This document shows, piece by piece, positions 8,795 through 16,031 of a stretch of DNA of 16,931 nucleotides. This stretch comes from Bacteriovoracaceae bacterium. GTDB lineage: Bacteria > Bdellovibrionota > Bacteriovoracia > Bacteriovoracales > Bacteriovoracaceae. Location of the stretch: contig JBFGZE010000076.1 in the NCBI GenBank assembly GCA_041586955.1, positions 1-16,931 on the forward strand, written 5' to 3'. Numbering within the stretch: the stretch's first letter is position 1; every line of letters begins with the position of its first letter. The position numbers and the translations under genes were made by a program. Under the pieces are notes generated by a model. That model was not told the DNA's origin, ran no database searches, and saw only the letters and a list, made by a program, of their open reading frames with translations.

Positions 8795-11790
8795 AATGTT
8801 CCCGTCTTTACCCAAATCACTTTGCTCGAAAAGCGTCTATAGCGATTCGGTATTTTTGACCTGGTTGTCACTGCCGATCCCGTTGAAGGAATACCGATTT
8901 CAGGGTCGACTGTTGTCCAATTAAAATTATTGGAGCCGTGAATTACGAATTTCATCGGACTACATGATAAATAATCCGCTTGAACATTATTATTAAGAAA
9001 TGGAGACCAACCTGGCTCATCATCACTAAACTCACATTGGTCTTTTCCCATGGGTCGGCTTTCACGTCTTAAGTGCTTTTTTTCTCGCAAAAGACGAATG
9101 GCATGAGGGTGCCATATACTATAAAAATTGACTCCACTATTTCTTGCGTTCGGAGCAATCGTGAGTTTTTGTAAAATGATAGTTCCAATTATATTAAGCT
9201 CAGAGCGACGAGACTCAATAATCAATTCCTGACATACATAATTTCCAAAAACGAAATCAATATTATTTGGAACAATACACTTTTCAACAATCGATTTTGT
9301 CGGTACCCCGTTATAGAGGTAGGGGTCCATATCTTTTTCATCGAAAGTATGCATCGGAACAGGTTCAACTAATTTAGGGTCTTCAATTGTTACACCTGAG
9401 TGAGTCACGCTATAAAGCCAAGAAAATTTTGTATTTTTTGTAAAGGAAACATCCCATTCCGAAGAAGGTACCCCGTAAAAACCTTTACATTGCTCATCGA
9501 CCTCTTTGGCCCTGGCCGTTGTTATTCCATCTATCGGATAAAGGGTTCCCTTATAACTCCCATTCCAAACTTGTGGAGGCTCATTGCGTTTTGAATCATC
9601 CTTTCGAAGGAGAGCATAAGGTAGACCTTGGATTTTTTTATCAATCTCCTCACTATCGAGAGTGCGAAACTCTCTACGGGCAATATCATAATATATTTGA
9701 TTATATCGGCCATACTCCCACTTTCTTCTATTTGGGCCAGGTAAATGGTCCCAATCAGTTCGCTTACCGGTGCGATAATTATTAGTATTTTCAACAGCAA
9801 AATCAAATGCTACAAAATCCAGGTAAATTCTATTCACAACATTATTTAATAATTTATTATTTAAACTGGATTCATTTTTCATGTGCAATTTAAAATCTAG
9901 TTTATTGGCTAATTTATCCTGAGTCTTCATAACGATAGCTGGTGTAGCATCGACCAATTCCCCAACATCCCTAACCAGATCATCTTGACTTGCTTTAAAT
10001 AACTTCCATTCATTATCAACCATTGACACCGTATTCTCACAACGTGTATCTGTTTTCTCCACTGTTTTTGGTATTTCAACAAAAACTTCGACTTCTTGCT
10101 CGATCTCATTGCCATCTTTATCAATGACTTTAACAATTTCTTTTTTCTTTTCCTTACTCGTCTCTTCTACTCCATATTGGCAATTTGAAACCCCTGTTTG
10201 AGAAAAAGAATCAATCACCTTACGACAAGCTTCATGGTAATATTCGGCCGTCGTGGTTTTTCGCTCCCCCTCCGTAATCATATTTTCGCAATGTCTCTTT
10301 AGCTCATTGTAATGTTTTTCAAAGAGGTAAGGGTCTTTTAGGGCATCAAAGTCAATCTTTTCTTTATCCAGGTAAGATGAATCATCAATATCGACATCTT
10401 CTTTTATTTTTTTAAAGAATGAGACATCAGCAAGCGCAATTTCAAGTTCAGTGTTTCGCCCCATTAATAATTCATTATTGACATTTTTTCTGTCATTTAT
10501 TCCCACATCAATCTTCATAACAGGAGGGACATGTAAGTTATAAGGTGCATAGTGAACATCTAAACGGGCCAGGTATTCCTTATTCCCCTCTTCTTTGACG
10601 ACTCGGATTGCATCTTTATCCTCTTCCCAAAAATTTAAAATTTCTCTAAATTCATTTTTTGCAGAAAGCGCCAATTCATAATCGCCATTAGAGCCTTTTA
10701 TAAAGAGCCGAGAGTCTCTCGTAAGAAAAGGGTTCTCCATCATTTTACGACGGACAATACATATATCCATTAATGAATTTTTTGGATATTTATAACCCTG
10801 GCCAAAGAGGGGTGCCAAGCCTTTATCAAGTTCGGCCTCTAAAGTCACACCACCATTAAACCCATTAAAGGTTGTTAGTTGCCCATTTAATTGATTTGAT
10901 TGACCACCATAGCTCCTAGGGGAAAATAATTTCCCTTCAGATATAATATTTCCACTCCCGATGCGAACATCATCATAAAAACCAACGGGATAGAATCCTT
11001 TTGCCGGAACATAGACATCATTTTCGACATAAGTTTTGCCGAAAAACTTTACACCTTTACTTGCCGGGCTTCCAGTGAAGTTGGCAATATTAAGGTCTCC
11101 CGCTTTGATCACCGCAAATTGATTAAGAGTGCGCGGAAAAAAAGTCACCTCACTTTCTAGCGCAGGATCACCAACAAAATCACCACATCCACTGGTTGTT
11201 AGTTTTTTCATTTTTCCTGTTATCTTAATAAATAAACTTTTTTCATCACCCTTAGGTAAATTTCCTGACACCAGATATCTTCCAATCTTGACGGTAAAGG
11301 AATCCATGCAACGCTTTATTTTGGGAGTTAAAATAAGGTTTAAGGGGTGATTAACTCCAAGTACGGCCAGCGATGAGATGGGTACTTTCTTTTCTATTTT
11401 CATCAATTGCGGAGACCGGTGAATATCTACTTTATAGGTATTTTTATAACTTTCAGCAATTGCATCGGCAGCAACATTGGACCATAATAATCGTTCTAAA
11501 TTAAGGGGATTCAATACCACTTGTTTCATTTCTGTGCCGCCACAGGATTTATCTCTGCCCCAGCTATTATCCATACACCAACGTTCTTTAAGAGCATAAA
11601 CGGTGTAATTTAAAACCCCACGGGTAAATTTCTCCGCCGAATAATTCATATGATAATTTTTTCTTTTACCAGAGAGAGCGTCAACAATGGTATTCATATT
11701 AGTAACAAGAAACACCGACGCCCCTGCGGCCGCAAGAATAGTAAATAGCGAGGCACTCCCCTTTTGTGACTTTATCAAATTAACCAACAT
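8791..11790 (-). CDS. Giant PilX/GspK/ComZ-like pilin-family protein (~999 aa)
   Basis: AAAGGA SD before ATG 11790. N-terminus MLVNLIKSQKG|SASLFTILAAAGASVFLV is a basic leader, Gly and a hydrophobic helix lacking Glu+5, as in PilX/GspK. First gene of an operon with two canonical prepilins. Confidence 0.7.
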   Translation of the reverse strand: MLVNLIKSQKGSASLFTILAAAGASVFLVTNMNTIVDALSGKRKNYHMNYSAEKFTRGVLNYTVYALKERWCMDNSWGRDKSCGGTEMKQVVLNPLNLERLLWSNVAADAIAESYKNTYKVDIHRSPQLMKIEKKVPISSLAVLGVNHPLNLILTPKIKRCMDSFTVKIGRYLVSGNLPKGDEKSLFIKITGKMKKLTTSGCGDFVGDPALESEVTFFPRTLNQFAVIKAGDLNIANFTGSPASKGVKFFGKTYVENDVYVPAKGFYPVGFYDDVRIGSGNIISEGKLFSPRSYGGQSNQLNGQLTTFNGFNGGVTLEAELDKGLAPLFGQGYKYPKNSLMDICIVRRKMMENPFLTRDSRLFIKGSNGDYELALSAKNEFREILNFWEEDKDAIRVVKEEGNKEYLARLDVHYAPYNLHVPPVMKIDVGINDRKNVNNELLMGRNTELEIALADVSFFKKIKEDVDIDDSSYLDKEKIDFDALKDPYLFEKHYNELKRHCENMITEGERKTTTAEYYHEACRKVIDSFSQTGVSNCQYGVEETSKEKKKEIVKVIDKDGNEIEQEVEVFVEIPKTVEKTDTRCENTVSMVDNEWKLFKASQDDLVRDVGELVDATPAIVMKTQDKLANKLDFKLHMKNESSLNNKLLNNVVNRIYLDFVAFDFAVENTNNYRTGKRTDWDHLPGPNRRKWEYGRYNQIYYDIARREFRTLDSEEIDKKIQGLPYALLRKDDSKRNEPPQVWNGSYKGTLYPIDGITTARAKEVDEQCKGFYGVPSSEWDVSFTKNTKFSWLYSVTHSGVTIEDPKLVEPVPMHTFDEKDMDPYLYNGVPTKSIVEKCIVPNNIDFVFGNYVCQELIIESRRSELNIIGTIILQKLTIAPNARNSGVNFYSIWHPHAIRLLREKKHLRRESRPMGKDQCEFSDDEPGWSPFLNNNVQADYLSCSPMKFVIHGSNNFNWTTVDPEIGIPSTGSAVTTRSKIPNRYRRFSSKVIWVKTGTL

Positions 11791-12171
11791 CAAATACTGT
11801 CCTTTACAGAGTCCAATCAATTTCCCGTTCTCAACAACGAAACTGTATTCATGGATTCTTTTATTTTCTCATAGTTATATCGTTTTAGAATTTAGGCGCA
11901 GACTTTTCCCGTCCAGCTTTCTTAACGATTCCCATTATTTTAGTAAGTTATTTGGCTCTATGGATGAGTTACTCGCGCCAAGCCGATAAGAAGTAATCGA
12001 CAGATAAATATGGCATAATCAATTTAACAACGACCCTGTTTTTTGACATTTACGGCCCTGCCCATCAAAAAAGGCATCGCTTCACGATTTATTTTACTTT
12101 AACAGTCTGATTTTTATCGAATTGTTCATTTTTATTTTCTTGAAAGTGGCCTATGCCACATAATAAATTCC

Positions 12172-12558
12172 ATGATCGCGACACAACTTAACCTTAGGCA
12201 TTCCATCGTTAATGTATTCGGATACTTCCTCATTGGTGCATTCTTATGGCCTTACCATAATGCACTGTGGGCCTTCGCTCTCTTGATACTCCTGCTAATA
12301 TATCATTATTTTTATTTTCAAATAAGCTTTTCACAACGAGGAATAGGGCTCAATCGCTTTGTTTTCCTCAATTGGCAGCAATTGAATAAGATCCAAGTGG
12401 AGCGATATATTTTAGACAAGGCCTATCTAAGTATTCACCACCAAAAGGGTAAGATTTTCAAATTCAGCCTAACAACGGGGCAAATCCAGGAGTTCTCCCA
12501 ATTAGTGCAACAATATTCTGAACTCGATGTTGTTTATTTGCACGAATTAGGGGTTTAA
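12172..12558 (+). CDS. Small membrane protein (2 TM helices plus short soluble beta-rich, possibly PH-like, domain)
   Basis: 128-aa ORF with two hydrophobic helices followed by ISFSQRGI...FLNWQQLNKIQV, reminiscent of bacterial PH-like domains. Confidence 0.65.
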   Translation: MIATQLNLRHSIVNVFGYFLIGAFLWPYHNALWAFALLILLLIYHYFYFQISFSQRGIGLNRFVFLNWQQLNKIQVERYILDKAYLSIHHQKGKIFKFSLTTGQIQEFSQLVQQYSELDVVYLHELGV

Positions 12559-12746
12559 ACAAATCATGATATTTTTATCGTTTTATTGAATTCATTAAAA
12601 TCAAAGGGATAGGTGTGTAACAACCCGCTCATTCAATAAAATCACCTTCCCTTTAAAAAATACACTAAATTTTATTTACACGAGTCAGGTATTTATGTTA
12701 CATAGGAGCCCACTTATCAAATTGTCGGTGTCTTTAAGGAGTTGTT

Positions 12747-13010
12747 ATGGGTAATAAATTATACGTTGGAAATCTTCCCTACACTATTACATTGGAATCG
12801 CTAAGCGATGCCTTTTCGGTGTGTGGAACTGTCGAATCCGTTAAAATTATCACTGATAGAGAAACTGGTCGAAGCCGTGGTTTTGGTTTTATCGAGATGG
12901 CCTCTGGTGATCAAGCGCAAGAAGCCATTGAGAAATTTAATGGCAATGACTTTAATGGTAGGCCCTTAACCGTTAATGTTGCGAAGCCACAAACACCTAA
13001 ACATAGGTAA
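12747..13010 (+). CDS. RRM (RNP-1) RNA-binding protein
   Basis: RNP2 LYVGNL, RNP1 RGFGFIEM, IITDRETGRS and NGRPLTVNVAKP; strong TAAGGAG SD. Confidence 0.97.
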   Translation: MGNKLYVGNLPYTITLESLSDAFSVCGTVESVKIITDRETGRSRGFGFIEMASGDQAQEAIEKFNGNDFNGRPLTVNVAKPQTPKHR

Positions 13011-13145
13011 GGCCCATCGCCTAATTTGACGCTTCTCTCAGAGTTGGCTCAATTAGGTTCCGCATACCCTACATTCATATATACAATTATTCGGCATATA
13101 GGCCGACATTATAGTCCAAGAAACCCACGCTTAGTTAGGTCCACA

Positions 13146-13169
13146 CCGTGGCCTTAACTAGGCCAACGG
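13146..13169. terminator. Stem-loop between convergent RRM and exonuclease genes, possible terminator
   Basis: CCGTGGCCT-TAACT-AGGCCA(A)CGG forms a 9-bp stem with one bulge. It is followed by GTTTATT on + and lies just after the exonuclease stop on -. The U-tract is weak. Confidence 0.4.
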
Positions 13170-13171
13170 GT

Positions 13172-13756
13172 TTATTCCTGAATAAATTTTTGTAGATGAT
13201 AATAAAGCTCTAACCCAACCCAAGCATCCGTTGCTGCATAGTTTAGCTGGGCCGTTGTCAAGCGTGGCGCTTCCCAATTACTTAATTTGGTTTTTTTAAT
13301 CAATCTTTTACCCATAAAGATCGCCGCCAAAGAACGCAACCCTAAGGTTTTAATCTTTAAGGTTTTGGCATAATCGGCCAGCTCAATAAAGCCACCCGGA
13401 GTAAAGGAATTAATTTTTATCAACCCTTTAATATCATCATGAACAGCGACCCCTACCTTTTTAACAGACTCATCTGCCATCAGGTCTTTCAATTCTCCAT
13501 CAAAAGGAATTTTATTAAGCCGAAATAGAAATGCCGTATCTTTAGTCGATAACTGAAGGAGGCAAATACCATAAGACTCGCCTTTTTTAAAAGAAGGACG
13601 GCTTTCAGTATCAAAGCCAATGACATCCTCTTTTTTAAGTAGACGAATGGCATTAATATATTGTTGTTTATTGACGACTAATTGAATTTTCCCGGGAAAG
13701 GTCAATACAGGAAGCTCGTTAATCTCATCCTTCGTAATCTTTTTTGTAAAATCCAT
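13172..13756 (-). CDS. DEDDy 3'-5' exonuclease (WRN-exo/RNase D-like, stand-alone domain)
   Basis: ExoI GFDTES, LLQLST, ExoII region KVGVAVHDD, GLRSLAAIFMG, SNWE and ExoIII YAATDA. Confidence 0.93.
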   Translation of the reverse strand: MDFTKKITKDEINELPVLTFPGKIQLVVNKQQYINAIRLLKKEDVIGFDTESRPSFKKGESYGICLLQLSTKDTAFLFRLNKIPFDGELKDLMADESVKKVGVAVHDDIKGLIKINSFTPGGFIELADYAKTLKIKTLGLRSLAAIFMGKRLIKKTKLSNWEAPRLTTAQLNYAATDAWVGLELYYHLQKFIQE

Positions 13757-13897
13757 AGAGTTAATATATCGCTATTATGAGGGAAAATCGTCAAGCAATT
13801 ATTTCTTGCTATACAAGAGTTAATCTTCCTTTTAAAAAGTAAATGCTCATTTTTTGTCAAACACCATCGCCACAATTTCAGGCCAAAAAGATTGTTT

Positions 13898-15484
13898 CTA
13901 GGCCTTAGACTTTAGGTATTCGTCATAAGTCGTTTCTTTATCTTCCACCAATTTCACATCAATTTCGATAATTCGATTGGCCACGGTTTGTACTAATTCA
14001 TGGTCATGAGAGGTAAAAATCATCGTACCTTTATAGCGCTTTAGCCCCTCATTGACAGCAGTGATACTCTCTAGGTCCAAGTGATTGGTCGGCCCATCAA
14101 GGAGAAGGACATTGGCCCCTGAAAGCATCATTTTAGAGAGCATACAACGAACTTTCTCACCACCTGATAAAACATTCGTTTTCTTTAAGGCTTCCTCTCC
14201 TGAAAAGAGCATCTTGCCTAAAAAACCTCGAATAAAGCTTTCGTCTTTATCTTCTGAATATTGACGAAGCCAGTTCACAAGATCATATTTCCCATCTTCA
14301 AAGTACTTAGAATTATCAGTTGGAATATAGGATTGAGTCGTCGTCACTCCCCATTCATAGGTGCCGGAATCCGCTTTTGACTCTCCAGAGAGAATATCGA
14401 GTAAAGCGGTCTGGGCCTGATCGTTATCTCCAAGAAGAACGACTTTATCGCCTTTATTAAGCGTAAAGCTAATATTGTCGAGAATTTTTACTCCCTCAAT
14501 AGTTTTAGAAATGCCATTGACCCGTAAAATTTCCTTACCCGCTTCTCTTTTGGGTTCAAAATTAACAAAAGGATAGCGGCGACTGGAAGTCGGAAGATCA
14601 TTTAATTCTAGTCTTTCTAATTGCTTTTGGCGTGAAGTGGCCTGCTTAGACTTTGAAGCATTAGCGCTAAAGCGCTGAATAAAGGCCTTTAATTCTTTGG
14701 CCTTATCTTCAGACTTTTTATTTTGGTCTGCTCTTAATCTTTGCGCTAACTCGCTCGAAGTGCGCCAAAAATCATAATTGCCAGCAAAAGTGGTAATTTT
14801 TCCAAAGTCAATATCAGCAATATGAGTACATACTTTATTAAGAAAATGCCTATCATGGGATACCACAATGACAGTGTTTTTAAAGTCTAATAAGAAATTT
14901 TCAAGCCATTGAATGGCCCTAATATCTAAATGGTTGGTAGGCTCATCTAAAAGGAGAACATCAGGAGAACCAAAAAGCGCCTGGGCCAATAAGACCTTCA
15001 CTTTTTCTCCACCAGTTAGCTCCTTCATCGAGCGCTCATAATAATCAGCACCAATTCCAAGGCCTGCCAATAAAATACCGGCTTCAGACTCAGCTTCCCA
15101 ACCATTCATTTCAGCAAAATCAGCTTCTAATTCGGAGGCCTTAATCCCATCCTCATCAGAGAAGTCTTCTTTTGCATAAATGGCATCTTTCTCTTCCATT
15201 ATTTTAAATAATTTTTCATTGCCCATTAAAACGGTTTTAAGGACAGGGTACTCATCATAAGCAAAATGATCCTGCTTTAAGATTGAGAGCCGCTGACCAG
15301 CAGTAATATTAACTGAGCCACTTTGCGGCTCAATCTCACCCGATAAAATTTTAATAAAAGTTGATTTACCAGCACCATTGGCGCCAATTAAACCGTAGCA
15401 ATTGCCAGGGGTGAATTTAATATTTACTTCATCAAATAATTTGCGCCCGCCAAAACCTAGGCCGACATTAGATGCACTGATCAT
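13898..15484 (-). CDS. ABC-F family ribosome-associated ATPase (YbiT/YkpA-like)
   Basis: Two ABC domains and no TM segments: GANGAGKST, LTGGEK, LLLDEPTNHLD, VSHDRHFL, a linker, LSGGEK and TSHDHE. ATG at 15484 with GAGG SD is preferred over TTG 15496. Confidence 0.95.
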   Translation of the reverse strand: MISASNVGLGFGGRKLFDEVNIKFTPGNCYGLIGANGAGKSTFIKILSGEIEPQSGSVNITAGQRLSILKQDHFAYDEYPVLKTVLMGNEKLFKIMEEKDAIYAKEDFSDEDGIKASELEADFAEMNGWEAESEAGILLAGLGIGADYYERSMKELTGGEKVKVLLAQALFGSPDVLLLDEPTNHLDIRAIQWLENFLLDFKNTVIVVSHDRHFLNKVCTHIADIDFGKITTFAGNYDFWRTSSELAQRLRADQNKKSEDKAKELKAFIQRFSANASKSKQATSRQKQLERLELNDLPTSSRRYPFVNFEPKREAGKEILRVNGISKTIEGVKILDNISFTLNKGDKVVLLGDNDQAQTALLDILSGESKADSGTYEWGVTTTQSYIPTDNSKYFEDGKYDLVNWLRQYSEDKDESFIRGFLGKMLFSGEEALKKTNVLSGGEKVRCMLSKMMLSGANVLLLDGPTNHLDLESITAVNEGLKRYKGTMIFTSHDHELVQTVANRIIEIDVKLVEDKETTYDEYLKSKA

Positions 15485-15751
15485 TAAGAACCTCAAAAAT
15501 TGGAATCAATATTGACTTCTCTTTTACACAAAGTGTTATGAATAGACAAGCGCTTCTATCTCTTGGGCCAATTAATGCTCCGATGCAATTATTTTGCAAG
15601 CGACTAATAGCGCCTTATCTTTAAAGGTAAAAACACCTAACACCATGAATCATGGTTCCCCCTTTTCTTCAAAGCGACCCTATAATAAAAACCTTATTAT
15701 TCTCCTCATTTAGGGTTATAGTGGGCCGAAATCAATTAATGAGGAAGGTAT

Positions 15752-16015
15752 ATGAAAATTGATGTTAATTTTGACCAAGAGACGCAAACAGCACTTATTA
15801 CTTTTTTTGTCAAAGAAATGAAGGCCAATAAAGATTTTAGTATTTGCCAGTCCATCGTTCAAACCTTTAGTGCTGATTTCAATCTGGACCCGGAACTAGA
15901 ACGTGAAGACCTTGATGAAATCATCAAAGTGGCCAACGAAAAAGGTTCTAACTCCTTTATTTTTATGATCAATGAAGAAGGTATTGAGGTCGATATTCCC
16001 CTTACTCAGGAATAG
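15752..16015 (+). CDS. Small acidic hypothetical protein (87 aa)
   Basis: GAGGAAGG SD before the ATG; fills the gap between the flanking genes; D/E-rich globular-looking sequence. Confidence 0.8.
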   Translation: MKIDVNFDQETQTALITFFVKEMKANKDFSICQSIVQTFSADFNLDPELEREDLDEIIKVANEKGSNSFIFMINEEGIEVDIPLTQE

Positions 16016-16031
16016 GGCACTCAATAAAAAA

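Noticed and set aside
8338..11820. ORF-track starts at 8394, 8815 and 11820
   Set aside because: Downstream ATGs (8337, 8794, 11790) give typical short prepilin leaders, stop/start coupling or a proper SD.
11891..11935. Minus-strand leader of the pilin operon (GAAAGCTGGACGGGAAAAGTCTGCGCCTAAA) superficially resembles a c-di-GMP-I riboswitch
   Set aside because: The bases flanking GAAA do not pair and the GGCAAAC element is missing, so the P2 stem cannot be built. An Infernal search with the Rfam c-di-GMP-I model would settle it.
5582..11989. Short ORFs 5582-5818, 7225-7413, 7500-7697, 8616-8924, 9400-9594, 9519-9785, 9531-9806, 9927-10136, 11129-11350 and 11687-11989
   Set aside because: All overlap longer, better-supported genes, either antisense or out of frame, and show no family motifs.
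11982..11989. Perfect sigma28 -10 box GCCGATAA on the + strand
   Set aside because: No TAAA-like -35 at 15 nt spacing, it points away from the pilin operon, and it is about 180 nt from the next gene.
12747..15484. RRM protein, exonuclease and ABC-F (plus hrpB) as a dedicated RNA-processing or defence system
   Set aside because: Mixed orientations, separate intergenic regions, and all are common housekeeping families; no evidence of an operon.
15506..15515. Palindrome TCAATATTGA upstream of the ABC-F gene
   Set aside because: A single 10-bp AT-rich palindrome is expected by chance in a window of this size, and I saw no second copy.
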